Positions 26,211 through 34,659 of a DNA stretch of 64,000 bases are shown here, one piece after another. Origin of the DNA: Kiloniellales bacterium (GTDB taxonomy: Bacteria; Pseudomonadota; Alphaproteobacteria; Kiloniellales; JAKSDN01); NCBI GenBank assembly GCA_050330055.1, contig JBHJOF010000078.1, positions 21,300 through 85,299 on the forward strand, read 5' to 3'. Each line of letters opens with the position of its first letter. Positions within the stretch are counted from its first letter, which is position 1. Below the pieces are notes generated by a model. The model was given only the letters and a program-made list of their open reading frames with translations, was not told the origin of the DNA and searched no databases. Made by a program: the position numbers and the translations under genes.

Positions 26211-27107
26211 CTATTCGGCGGCAGTGCCGAGCTGCTTCAGCTTCGAGCCCCACTTCATCTGCTCAGCGAATTTGCGCAGCTCGTCGGCCGACATGTAGAC
26301 GGTATGCTCAGGTCCGGGATAAGTGCGGCTGCGAACGTCGTCCATGTAGCGCGTGATCACGTCTTCCATGATCGGGATCAGGTCGGTGTAGATCTTGGAG
26401 TGGCGCGGTACGTGCTCTTCCCAGAGATGGAACAGGTCAGAGCTGATGATGTGCACGCCATGCGCCTTGTTGCCGGCGCCCAAGCTGATGACCGGTACCG
26501 GCAGGGTCTCGGTCAGGTACTCGCAGACCTCCTCGGTCGTCACCTCGCAGAGGATCGAGAAGCAGCCGGCGTCGACCATGGCCAGCGCATCATCGATCAG
26601 CTCCTTGGCCCGGTCCGAGGTCTTGCCCTGTGCCACGAAGCCGCCGAGCTGCGGCATGCGCATCGGCGTGATACCGATGTGTCCCTGGACCGGGATGCCG
26701 GCCTTGACGATCGCCTCGATGTTCCGGGCGTGGTGCTGGTTGCCCTCACACTTCATCACTTCCGCGTTGGCCTCGTGGCAGAAGCGGCCGGCGTTCTCGA
26801 CCGCCTGCTCCGGCGAGATGTGGAAGCTCCAGTAGGGCATGTCGACCATGCGCAGGCCGTATTTGCTGCCGCGGTCGATCGCTTTCGACATCATCATGAC
26901 CTCGTCGAAGCTGACCGTCACCGTGCTCTGGTGGCCGAACAGGATCATGCCGCCGGTGTCCGACACGCAGAGGATGTCCATGCCGAGCCGGTCGGCGACC
27001 ACCGCGGTGCGATAGTCGTAGACCGCCATCTGGGTGATCGCCTCGCCCTCGTGCATCTTCTTCATGAGGCTGTTGATCGTGACTTTCTTTCTTTTCGTTT
27101 CGGCCAT
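26211..27107 (-). CDS. 3-methyl-2-oxobutanoate hydroxymethyltransferase family protein (PanB-like paralogue, longer C-terminus)
   Basis: Trimmed to MAETKRKK... (GGGAGGA 5 nt upstream). PanB-type blocks: ILCVSDTGGM, VDMPYWSF, KCEG, PVQGHIGITPM. It is 298 aa, versus the roughly 265-275 aa I recall for canonical PanB. Confidence 0.8.
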   Translation of the reverse strand: MAETKRKKVTINSLMKKMHEGEAITQMAVYDYRTAVVADRLGMDILCVSDTGGMILFGHQSTVTVSFDEVMMMSKAIDRGSKYGLRMVDMPYWSFHISPEQAVENAGRFCHEANAEVMKCEGNQHHARNIEAIVKAGIPVQGHIGITPMRMPQLGGFVAQGKTSDRAKELIDDALAMVDAGCFSILCEVTTEEVCEYLTETLPVPVISLGAGNKAHGVHIISSDLFHLWEEHVPRHSKIYTDLIPIMEDVITRYMDDVRSRTYPGPEHTVYMSADELRKFAEQMKWGSKLKQLGTAAE

Positions 27108-27368
27108 GGTGTCCTCCCTGGCGTGTCCGCACGAGATGCTTTGCACGGCCGACTGCAGGCGTATCGTCCCGGCGTGGCCGGCCATGGTTGTCAGCAAAGA
27201 AAGATAGGCAGAAACTATAAAAGCTTCGGCTCTTTCTTGCCATTATTAAGAAAACTATCTAGACGACACTACATCAACTGGCGCAGAGAGAACAACTCCC
27301 CTGCTTATATTTATTGACTATAGTTCGTTCACTGGAGACTATTAAGCGGCCAGCCTGTGAGATGGGCG

Positions 27369-28394
27369 TCAGAGGGGGCGCCAGTCAGCGCTCCAGTCGC
27401 CCCGGGGCCGCCGCTTCTCGGTGTCGTAGAACGGCAGAGGCACGACCTCCAGGTCCCGGAACAGTCCGCAGGAGTCCGAGAGACGACGACCTGTCTGGGC
27501 ATCGGCTGGAAGGACGTAGCCGAGAGCCAGAACGCCGTTGGCGAGCGGGCTCCAGCAGGCCGAGGTGATGGCGATGCAGCCGGGCTCCTGAGGCGGGCTC
27601 AAGGTTTTGGGTGGCTGCCACAGCAGGGGCCGTTCGTCGGCTGCGCGGCGGACGCAGACCAGGCGCATTTGCGGCGCTGCAGCGGCCGGACTCGCGAACT
27701 GCGCCAAGCCCGCTTCCTCGGCGGTGACCGGCAAGGCGAACTCGTTGACGAAGAGCGCCAGGCCCGCCTCGATGCGCAGACGGTCGGCTGCTGCGACGCC
27801 GGCCGGCCGGGCCCGCTCGGCCAGCTGCGCCCAAACCGCTTCGGCCTGCGCGCGCGGCAGCACCAGCTCGAAGCCGCGTTCGCCGCTGTAGCCCAGCCGG
27901 CCGACCCGGCAGGACACGCCGGCCACCTCGGCCTCGCCGTGGCCGAAGTAGGGGAGGCGAGACAGACGTTCGAGGTCCGCCAATCCCTCGAGCGCGCGCA
28001 GGGCGTTCGGTCCCTGCAGGGCATAGATGGCGGTATCCTCGGTCAGATCTTCGAAGCTGTCGGTGCGCGCCAGCTCTGCCAGCTCTGCGAGATCGGTGGG
28101 CCGGCCGGTCATGACCTCGAAGCTACCGTCGCCCAGGTTCCAGATCGTCAGGTCGGATACGAGCGAGCCGTCCGGACGGGCGTGCAGCGCGTAGGCGATG
28201 CGTCCGGGTGCCAGCCGATCGAAGGATCGCTTGGTGAAGCCGCTCAGGACGGCGGCGGCGTGCGTCCCGGTGATGCGTGCCCGCGCGACGAAGGAGAAGT
28301 CGAACAGGGCGCAGTCGTTGCGGCAGGCCGCGGCCTCGCCGTCGGGGTCGCCGTAGTCGGCGACGAAGCGGCGTCCGAAGGGCAGGGCCGCCAT
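27369..28394 (-). CDS. GcvT-family aminomethyltransferase / folate-binding protein
   Basis: Trimmed to MAALPFGRRF... (ATG at 28394, 5 nt after the tauE-family stop). Blocks: ALFDFSFVARARITG and RLGYSGERGFELVLP. Confidence 0.82.
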   Translation of the reverse strand: MAALPFGRRFVADYGDPDGEAAACRNDCALFDFSFVARARITGTHAAAVLSGFTKRSFDRLAPGRIAYALHARPDGSLVSDLTIWNLGDGSFEVMTGRPTDLAELAELARTDSFEDLTEDTAIYALQGPNALRALEGLADLERLSRLPYFGHGEAEVAGVSCRVGRLGYSGERGFELVLPRAQAEAVWAQLAERARPAGVAAADRLRIEAGLALFVNEFALPVTAEEAGLAQFASPAAAAPQMRLVCVRRAADERPLLWQPPKTLSPPQEPGCIAITSACWSPLANGVLALGYVLPADAQTGRRLSDSCGLFRDLEVVPLPFYDTEKRRPRGDWSADWRPL

Positions 28395-28399
28395 GCCGC

Positions 28400-29161
28400 T
28401 CAGCCGCCGATCAGGCGCCAGCCGATCTGCACGAGCAGCCAGAGGCCGACCAGGATCAGGACCTGCGCCACGATGCGTCGCAGCAGCGCGAGCGGCAGCT
28501 TGTGCGCGAGCTGTGCGCCGATCGCCGAGCCCAGTGCGAGCCCGGTGGCAATCGTCGCGCCCAGCACCAGGTCGAGGCTGCCGTAGATCAGGTTTCCGGC
28601 CGTCGCCAGCGCGGCTATCGGCAGCTGGATCGCCTGGCTCAGTCCGATCGCGGTCAGGATCGGCAGCTCGAGCCAGATCAGCAGCGGCACCAGCACCAGG
28701 GGGCCGCCGGTTCCACTTAGCGCCGAGGCGAAGCCGGTGACGGCGCCGGTGGCCAGCAGCCAGGGGCGGGCGAAGCCGGACTCCGATCCATCCTTCTTCG
28801 CCTCGGGTCGCCAGGCGCGGATGCCCGCCATCAGGATCAGCGCCGCGATGACGAGCTCGAGCAGCGTCGCGTTCACGACGTTGCTCGCCCAGGAGCCGGC
28901 AAAGGCGGCCGGCATGGCGCCGGCGCAAAGCCAGATCGCCATGGGCCAGCGGATCGAGCCGTGCCGCGCGAAGATCACCGCGCCGATCAGGCCGGTCAAG
29001 AGATAGCTGAACATGGCGGCGGCGATCGCGGTGCGGATGTCGATGCCGCCCAGGTAGATCAGGGTCGGCACCAGCAACACGCCGCCGATCCCTATGCAGC
29101 CGATCAGCCCACCGACAAGGATGGCGAAAAGTGCAAGCGCCAGGAGCGCGGCCGTGGTCAT
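28400..29161 (-). CDS. TauE/SafE-family (DUF81) sulfite/sulfonate exporter
   Basis: 253 aa, about 7-8 TM, with the internally duplicated Gly-rich pattern typical of the family (GIGGVLLVP ... GTGGPLVLVP). Confidence 0.82.
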   Translation of the reverse strand: MTTAALLALALFAILVGGLIGCIGIGGVLLVPTLIYLGGIDIRTAIAAAMFSYLLTGLIGAVIFARHGSIRWPMAIWLCAGAMPAAFAGSWASNVVNATLLELVIAALILMAGIRAWRPEAKKDGSESGFARPWLLATGAVTGFASALSGTGGPLVLVPLLIWLELPILTAIGLSQAIQLPIAALATAGNLIYGSLDLVLGATIATGLALGSAIGAQLAHKLPLALLRRIVAQVLILVGLWLLVQIGWRLIGG

Positions 29162-29268
29162 GGCGAGCGCGTGGCCGCCCGCTTCTTCACCAGGCGATGC
29201 GGCTCATCCTGTCGGCCTGTGGATGCCGCCTGGCAGCGATATTCTTCACGCCAGGCGGCTTGATTTTG

Positions 29269-29283
29269 ATAGAGAAAGGCTAT
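29269..29283. promoter_or_regulatory. LysR-type T-N11-A box ATAG-N7-CTAT
   Basis: ATAGAGAAAGGCTAT lies in the 223-bp divergent region between the tauE-family gene and the LysR gene. Confidence 0.4.
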
Positions 29284-29384
29284 TGAAAGTGCCATGATAG
29301 CCGAACTGTAAGCGGCTGGAGAAGACACCCTAAATCTAGCCGCTGCCGACAACAAAAACTAAGAAAAACGTCAGGAGGGAAGCC

Positions 29385-30335
29385 ATGTTTTTCAGGCAGT
29401 TCGAGTATCTTGTTGCGGTGATAGAGGAGCAACACTTCGGGCGTGCGGCGGAGCGCTGCCACGTCTCGCAGCCAAGCCTGTCGAACGGCATCAAGCAGCT
29501 CGAGTTGGAGCTCGGCGTCCCGATCTTTCGCCGCGGGCAGCGCCTGCATGGCTTGACGGCGGAAGGCAAGCGGGTCGCCGAATGGGCGCGGCGGGTGCTG
29601 GCTCACCGCGACGCCATGCGCGACGAGCTGGCGGCCATGCACGAAAACCTGCAGGGCAACCTGCGCCTCGGCGCCATGCCGACCTGCTCGCCAGTGCTGC
29701 CGCTCTTCATCAGGCTGCTGCAGGAGCATCACCCCGGAGTGCGCGCCGACATTCAGTTCATCGGCATCGAGGCCATGAAAGTCGGCCTCAGCAACTACTC
29801 GCTTGACGTCGGCTTCACCTATCTGAACGAGGACGATCTGCAGCGCTGCAAGACGTTGCCTGTCTACGTCGAGCGGCTAAGCCTGCTGGTGCCTGACAAC
29901 GAGAGATTTCACGACCGCACCTCGGTCACTTGGCGTGAGGCCGTCGAGTTGCCGCTCGCCCTACTGCGCAGCTCGATGCATGAGCGCCACATCTTCGACG
30001 CGACCTTCAAGAAGGTCGGCGCCCGTCCTCGGCCGAACGTCGAATCGGAATCGATCCTGCACCTCATGTTCCACGTCATGTTCGGCCAGCTCTCGGCCAT
30101 CGTACCGGCGCACTTCGCGCTGCTGCCTGGAGCCTTCCCGGGCACCCGCGTGCTCGACCTGGTCGAGCCGGTGATCTCCCGCGAGGTCGGCCTGGTCTGG
30201 GCCGAGGGCGATCCCACCATGCCCATGGCCAAGGTCATGGTTTCCATCGTCGAGGAAGCGCGCAAGTCCGGCGAGCTGCAGCGCCGCCTGGGCGAGTTCG
30301 CCATCGGCAACGAGGTCGAGGCGATCCCCGCATAG
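29385..30335 (+). CDS. LysR-family transcriptional regulator
   Basis: N-terminal wHTH (FRQFEYLVAVIEEQHFGRAAERCHVSQPSLSNGIKQLE) plus a LysR substrate-binding domain. It is divergent from the tauE/gcvT-like operon. Confidence 0.9.
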   Translation: MFFRQFEYLVAVIEEQHFGRAAERCHVSQPSLSNGIKQLELELGVPIFRRGQRLHGLTAEGKRVAEWARRVLAHRDAMRDELAAMHENLQGNLRLGAMPTCSPVLPLFIRLLQEHHPGVRADIQFIGIEAMKVGLSNYSLDVGFTYLNEDDLQRCKTLPVYVERLSLLVPDNERFHDRTSVTWREAVELPLALLRSSMHERHIFDATFKKVGARPRPNVESESILHLMFHVMFGQLSAIVPAHFALLPGAFPGTRVLDLVEPVISREVGLVWAEGDPTMPMAKVMVSIVEEARKSGELQRRLGEFAIGNEVEAIPA

Positions 30336-30632
30336 CACCGCAGACCCCTCTGGGGCGTTGATTTGAGATAGATCAATGACGATCCGAGGCGGCTGAGCGA
30401 GCTTGGCAGCCTGGCACGGGCTGCGAGCCGCAGCACCATGGATGGGGTGCAAACCAATGGAAACGATGCGTAGCAAAGTCGCAAAACCGGCCTGCTTGTC
30501 TGCGAGCGAGGCAGGTTGCGCGCAATGCAGTGCAGCCTATTCCTGCTACGACCGGCGCATGGGCCGGCAGCATCTCTTGTCGGCGCCGATTGCGCTGATA
30601 CTGTTGCTGATCATCGGTATCGCCAGCCAAGT

Positions 30633-30765
30633 CTAGTACCAGCTATCGCAATAGCGTGAGTCGGACCCCATCCTTCGACAGGCTCAGGATGAGGCCCTCA
30701 TGCTGAGCTTGTCGAAGTATGAGGGCCGGTGCCGCGTAGCACCCATTTGTGATTCCCGGTACTAG
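30633..30765 (-). mobile_element. MITE-like element copy B (133 bp), inverted relative to copy A
   Basis: Same termini (CTAGTACC...GGTACTAG). Its reverse complement aligns by eye with 7000-7204 along its whole length, minus the two insertions. Confidence 0.7.
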
Positions 30766-31258
30766 TATAACTGATAGTCTGGCAAGTCGGTTCAATTCAG
30801 CCCACAGCCATCAACTCGCTGCGAAGCACAAGAGATCGGCAATGCGGGGGACCAATGCGTTGCCGAGCACAGTCACAGCCAAGGTGCTGTGTCATGCGAC
30901 TATGAGCTGGATGGTCCGGACGGGCGCCTCGCTACAAAAGTGATGGCCTTCGGGGGCAACCAAATCGCTTAGTCGAGCTTCTTAAAGGTACCTCGCCTTA
31001 GCGCAGCCGGTACCGGGTCGTAGCCGCCTTGCAGCAGGCAGTGGGCGACGTGGCACTTCATTTGCACCCAATGTGCTTCAGTGAAGCCGCGTCCTGAGCC
31101 GTTTCCAAGTAAATGATGCTGGCGAGGGGCCGGACGTGCCGGGCAGAGCCGTCGGCAAGTTGAGCTCAACCCGGCGCACGGCTGCAAGCAAGCCGCCATT
31201 CAGTAATTCACACTTTTGGTATGTAGAGAGAGCTCCGCTCGCCGCAGGGCGCTGAGCG

Positions 31259-32176
31259 TCAGGCGTGATCGAGTTCTTCGAGGCGCTGGCCGACCCTTGC
31301 TATGCGAGCCACGACGTGGGCGAGCGCGGCCTGCGCTTCGGTTTGCGTGGCTTCATCGGGAGGGGCGGCCAGCAGGGTCTCCAGGATCTCGGACAGGCGC
31401 TCAAGCGCGCCTTGCGCGGCGAGGAGAAGCGGTTGCGGCGTATCGACTTTGCGAAGTTTGACCGGGTGCACCTTGCCATCCACCGAGGCCGCACGCGCCT
31501 CAGCCAGGCCGGCGAGCTCGGCCAGCAGCGCCGCGCTAGCTGCATCGCCAAGATCCGCCAGGCGTCGCGCCAGCCCCCGGTGGGCCAGCGCGATCGCTCG
31601 CTCGTAGTCAGCGATCACCTCGACGAGCTGCTCCCTGCTGTCGATACGCCGGGGCGGCCGGAGCGCGGTGTCGCCTTCACGCTCACGTCGCCAAGCGGTG
31701 CGTCGCCAGGTCCGCAAGAGCGCGGCGTGGTGCAGCTCCTCGCGCGCCAGGATCTCGGCCTCGGCCGCCAGCTTCGGGTCGTCTGCCCGGGCGGCTAGAT
31801 AGCTGTAGAAAGCAAAGGCGCGCTGCTCGTTGTCGACGGCAATTGCGAGCGCTCGGACCGGCGTCAGCAGCGCACTCGCCGCCGCCTCGTCCCAGGTCCG
31901 CGCCAGGTCAGGCGGCAGGCGCCAGGCGAAGGTGCCGGTCGGCGGCAGGGCCTCGCCCAACCCCTGTGCCCAACGCTCGACCGCATCGATGTGCCGCCCT
32001 TCCTCGGCCGCCAGCGCCCGGAAAGTCTCCGCCGTCTCGTCCTCGCCGCGGCGCGCCATCTCTGCGGCCAGCCAGTCGTAGCGCCGCACCGCTTCAGTCT
32101 CGATGGAACAGGCAATACCGACCAGCTCGGCCAGGCTGGCGAGTGCTGTTTCCGGGTCTCTGGTCAGAGGAGCCAT
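31259..32176 (-). CDS. Ferritin-like / rubrerythrin-type di-iron four-helix-bundle protein with long C-terminal helical extension
   Basis: 305 aa. It carries the E...ExxH...E...ExxH pattern (IETEAVRRY, AAEEGRH, VDNEQRAFAFY, AREELHH). It is divergent from nosR. Confidence 0.55.
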   Translation of the reverse strand: MAPLTRDPETALASLAELVGIACSIETEAVRRYDWLAAEMARRGEDETAETFRALAAEEGRHIDAVERWAQGLGEALPPTGTFAWRLPPDLARTWDEAAASALLTPVRALAIAVDNEQRAFAFYSYLAARADDPKLAAEAEILAREELHHAALLRTWRRTAWRREREGDTALRPPRRIDSREQLVEVIADYERAIALAHRGLARRLADLGDAASAALLAELAGLAEARAASVDGKVHPVKLRKVDTPQPLLLAAQGALERLSEILETLLAAPPDEATQTEAQAALAHVVARIARVGQRLEELDHA

Positions 32177-32257
32177 GGATCGCCCCGGTTTGAATCGACA
32201 AGTTGCACGGGATTGCCGATTTTCTTAGCATACTATCAAAATCCGATAAGCGGCAGG

Positions 32258-32271
32258 TTGATCCAGCGCAA
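32258..32271. promoter_or_regulatory. FNR/DNR/NNR-type half-degenerate box TTGAT-CCAG-CGCAA
   Basis: The TTG-N8-CAA core is intact, 84 bp upstream of the nosR ATG. Confidence 0.3.
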
Positions 32272-32354
32272 AGAAGCCTGTTCCCGGACGGGCAATCTCT
32301 TGCGCATGGCCACCATCCCGGGGATGCCCGAAGGCGCACAGGGCCCAGGGCACT

Positions 32355-34604
32355 ATGAGCATCGACCGGATATCGCGGACCGGCACACGGCCGAGGGGCG
32401 CCATGGCTGATGCGCGAGCGATGCTTGCGGCAGTGCTGCTGCTGCTCTCCGGTCCGACTGCCCTCGCCCAGTCGCCGCCGCGACTTGCCGACTTCCTGGC
32501 AGGGCTCGATCCGGCGGCCATTGTGCCCGGGGCCGAGCGCTTCGGGACGCCGGAGGGGCAGCCGCCCGTTGCGCCGGCCCTGCAGGCCGGCCAGGTCGTA
32601 GGCTACGCCTACCTGACCTCGGACGTGGTCGGAACTGCCGGCTACTCCGGCAAGCCCATCGACGTTGTCGTCGGCCTCGACCCGAAGGGCACCATCGTCG
32701 GCGCCAAGCTGGTCGAGCACCACGAGCCGATCGTCCTCATCGGCATTCCCGAGAAGCGGATGGTCGACTACCTGTCCGGCTTCGTCGGCTTCAATCCGCT
32801 GGACGCCGCCGCCAAGGGCGAAGCCGCGCCCAACGTCGACATCGTGTCGGGCGCTACGGTCACGGTGCTGGTGATCGGCGACAGCCTGACGCGCTCGGCC
32901 GGCCGCATTGCTCGGCGCCTGCTCGGCGACGCAGCCGGGCGCCAGGTCGCGAGCGCCCGGCGCGAGGTCGATCCGGCGGCGGGGGAGGTCGCCGACTGGG
33001 AGGCGCTGCTCGGCAATGGAGCCATCCGCCGCCTGCAAGTCACCGTCGGACGGGTAAACGACGCCTTCGCGCAATCGGGCGACGAAGAAGCCGCCAGGCG
33101 TCCGGAACGCGGCGATCCTGAAGCTGGCTTCGTCGATCTCCATGTGGCGCTTGCTTCGCAGCCGGCGATCGGCCGGAGCCTGCTCGGCGAAGACGGCTTC
33201 GCGTGGCTGCAGCAGCGGCTGGCGCCCGACCAGGCGGCGATCCTGGTCATGGGCGAGGGCCGTTACTCCTTCAAAGGCTCGGGCTACGTGCGCGGCGGCA
33301 TATTCGACCGCATCGAGGTCACGCAAGGCACCGAGACGATCCGCTTTCGCGACAAGCAGCACGAGCGCATCGGTCGACTCGCCGCCGAAGGTGCCCCCCG
33401 GTTCAAGGAGATCTCGCTCTTCGTCGTGCCGCAGGAGGCGCAGTTCGAACCGGCCGAGCCCTGGACACTTCGGCTGCTGGTGCAGCGGTCGACCGGGGCG
33501 CTGACCAAGGCCTTCACGAGCTTTGCGCTCGACTACCTGCTGCCCGAGGCCTACGTGCGCGTGGAGCCGGCCGCTGCAGCCACAGCCGCCACGCCCGAGA
33601 TGACCGGCGTTGCGGAGTTGGAGGAGCCGGCGCTTTGGCAGCGCATCTGGCGCAGCAAGATCGCGGCCATCGCCGTCCTGGTAGTCATGCTGCTGGTGCT
33701 GACCGCGATCTTCTTCTTCCAGGACCTGCTGGTGAAGCATGAGAAACTCTACGACCGCATGCGTCTCGCCTATCTCGCCGTGACGCTGGTCTGGCTCGGC
33801 TGGGTCGCCCAGGCGCAGCTCTCGGTAGTCAACGTGCTGGCCTTCACCAATGCGCTGCGGACCGACTTCCAGTGGTCCTATTTCCTGATGGACCCGCTGA
33901 TCTTCATCCTCTGGTTCTCGGTCGCCGCGGCGCTGCTGTTCTGGGGCCGCGGGCCGTTCTGCGGCTGGCTTTGCCCATTCGGCGCCTTGCAGGAGCTGAC
34001 GAACAGGGCCGCGCGCGCCTGCCGCGTTCCGCAGGTCAAGGTGCCGTGGGGGCTGCACGAGCGGCTCTGGCCGATCAAATATGTGATCTTTCTCGTGCTC
34101 TTCGGCGTCTCGCTGGGCTCGCTCGCGCTGGCCGAGATACTGGCCGAGGTCGAGCCCTTCAAGACCGCGATCATCCTCAAGTTCCTGCGCGAGTGGTGGT
34201 TCGTCGCCTTCGCCGGCGCGCTTATCACCGCCGGCCTTTTCATCGAGCGCTTCTTCTGCCGCTATCTCTGTCCGCTTGGGGCGGCGCTGGCGATTCCGGG
34301 GCGCCTTCGCATGTTCGACTGGCTGAAGCGCTATCGCGAGTGCGGCAACCCCTGCATGCGCTGCTACAACGAATGCCCGGTCGGGGCGATCCACCCCGAA
34401 GGGCACATCAACCCGAACGAATGCATCTCCTGCCTGCACTGCCAGGTGCTCTATCACCACGACCGCAAGTGTCCAGTCGTGATCCAGCGCCGGCTGAAGC
34501 GGGAGAAGAGGGAGGCCCTGGCCTCTCCCTCGATGCGCCCGAGTGGGCGCGACGCTGCTCGATCCAAGGCCGCGCATGAGAAGGCGGCGGCGCTCGTGAA
34601 GTGA
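32355..34604 (+). CDS. nosR: NosR, membrane-bound FMN/Fe-S regulator and electron donor for N2O reductase
   Basis: 749 aa: signal/TM, a periplasmic FMN-binding-type domain, TM helices with CPFGALQE / CRYLCPLGA motifs, and C-terminal ferredoxin-like CxxCxxxCP clusters. Confidence 0.9.
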   Translation: MSIDRISRTGTRPRGAMADARAMLAAVLLLLSGPTALAQSPPRLADFLAGLDPAAIVPGAERFGTPEGQPPVAPALQAGQVVGYAYLTSDVVGTAGYSGKPIDVVVGLDPKGTIVGAKLVEHHEPIVLIGIPEKRMVDYLSGFVGFNPLDAAAKGEAAPNVDIVSGATVTVLVIGDSLTRSAGRIARRLLGDAAGRQVASARREVDPAAGEVADWEALLGNGAIRRLQVTVGRVNDAFAQSGDEEAARRPERGDPEAGFVDLHVALASQPAIGRSLLGEDGFAWLQQRLAPDQAAILVMGEGRYSFKGSGYVRGGIFDRIEVTQGTETIRFRDKQHERIGRLAAEGAPRFKEISLFVVPQEAQFEPAEPWTLRLLVQRSTGALTKAFTSFALDYLLPEAYVRVEPAAAATAATPEMTGVAELEEPALWQRIWRSKIAAIAVLVVMLLVLTAIFFFQDLLVKHEKLYDRMRLAYLAVTLVWLGWVAQAQLSVVNVLAFTNALRTDFQWSYFLMDPLIFILWFSVAAALLFWGRGPFCGWLCPFGALQELTNRAARACRVPQVKVPWGLHERLWPIKYVIFLVLFGVSLGSLALAEILAEVEPFKTAIILKFLREWWFVAFAGALITAGLFIERFFCRYLCPLGAALAIPGRLRMFDWLKRYRECGNPCMRCYNECPVGAIHPEGHINPNECISCLHCQVLYHHDRKCPVVIQRRLKREKREALASPSMRPSGRDAARSKAAHEKAAALVK

Positions 34605-34659
34605 TGGGAAACCGCAGCCGAAGCCAATCGACCGAGCACTTTGAAAAGGAAGTGGAACC

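Noticed and set aside
30358-30376. TTGAT-N9-ATCAA inverted repeat just after the LysR gene, considered as an FNR box.
   Set aside because: The spacer is 9 nt rather than 4, and it lies downstream of a gene with no promoter context.
30969-31199. 76-aa reverse-strand ORF (..GFTEAHWVQMKCHVAHCLLQGGYDP..) that looked faintly like a nuclease or His-motif fragment.
   Set aside because: No motif can be named with confidence and there is no SD. It lies in the low-GC junction spacer and is treated as possible debris only.
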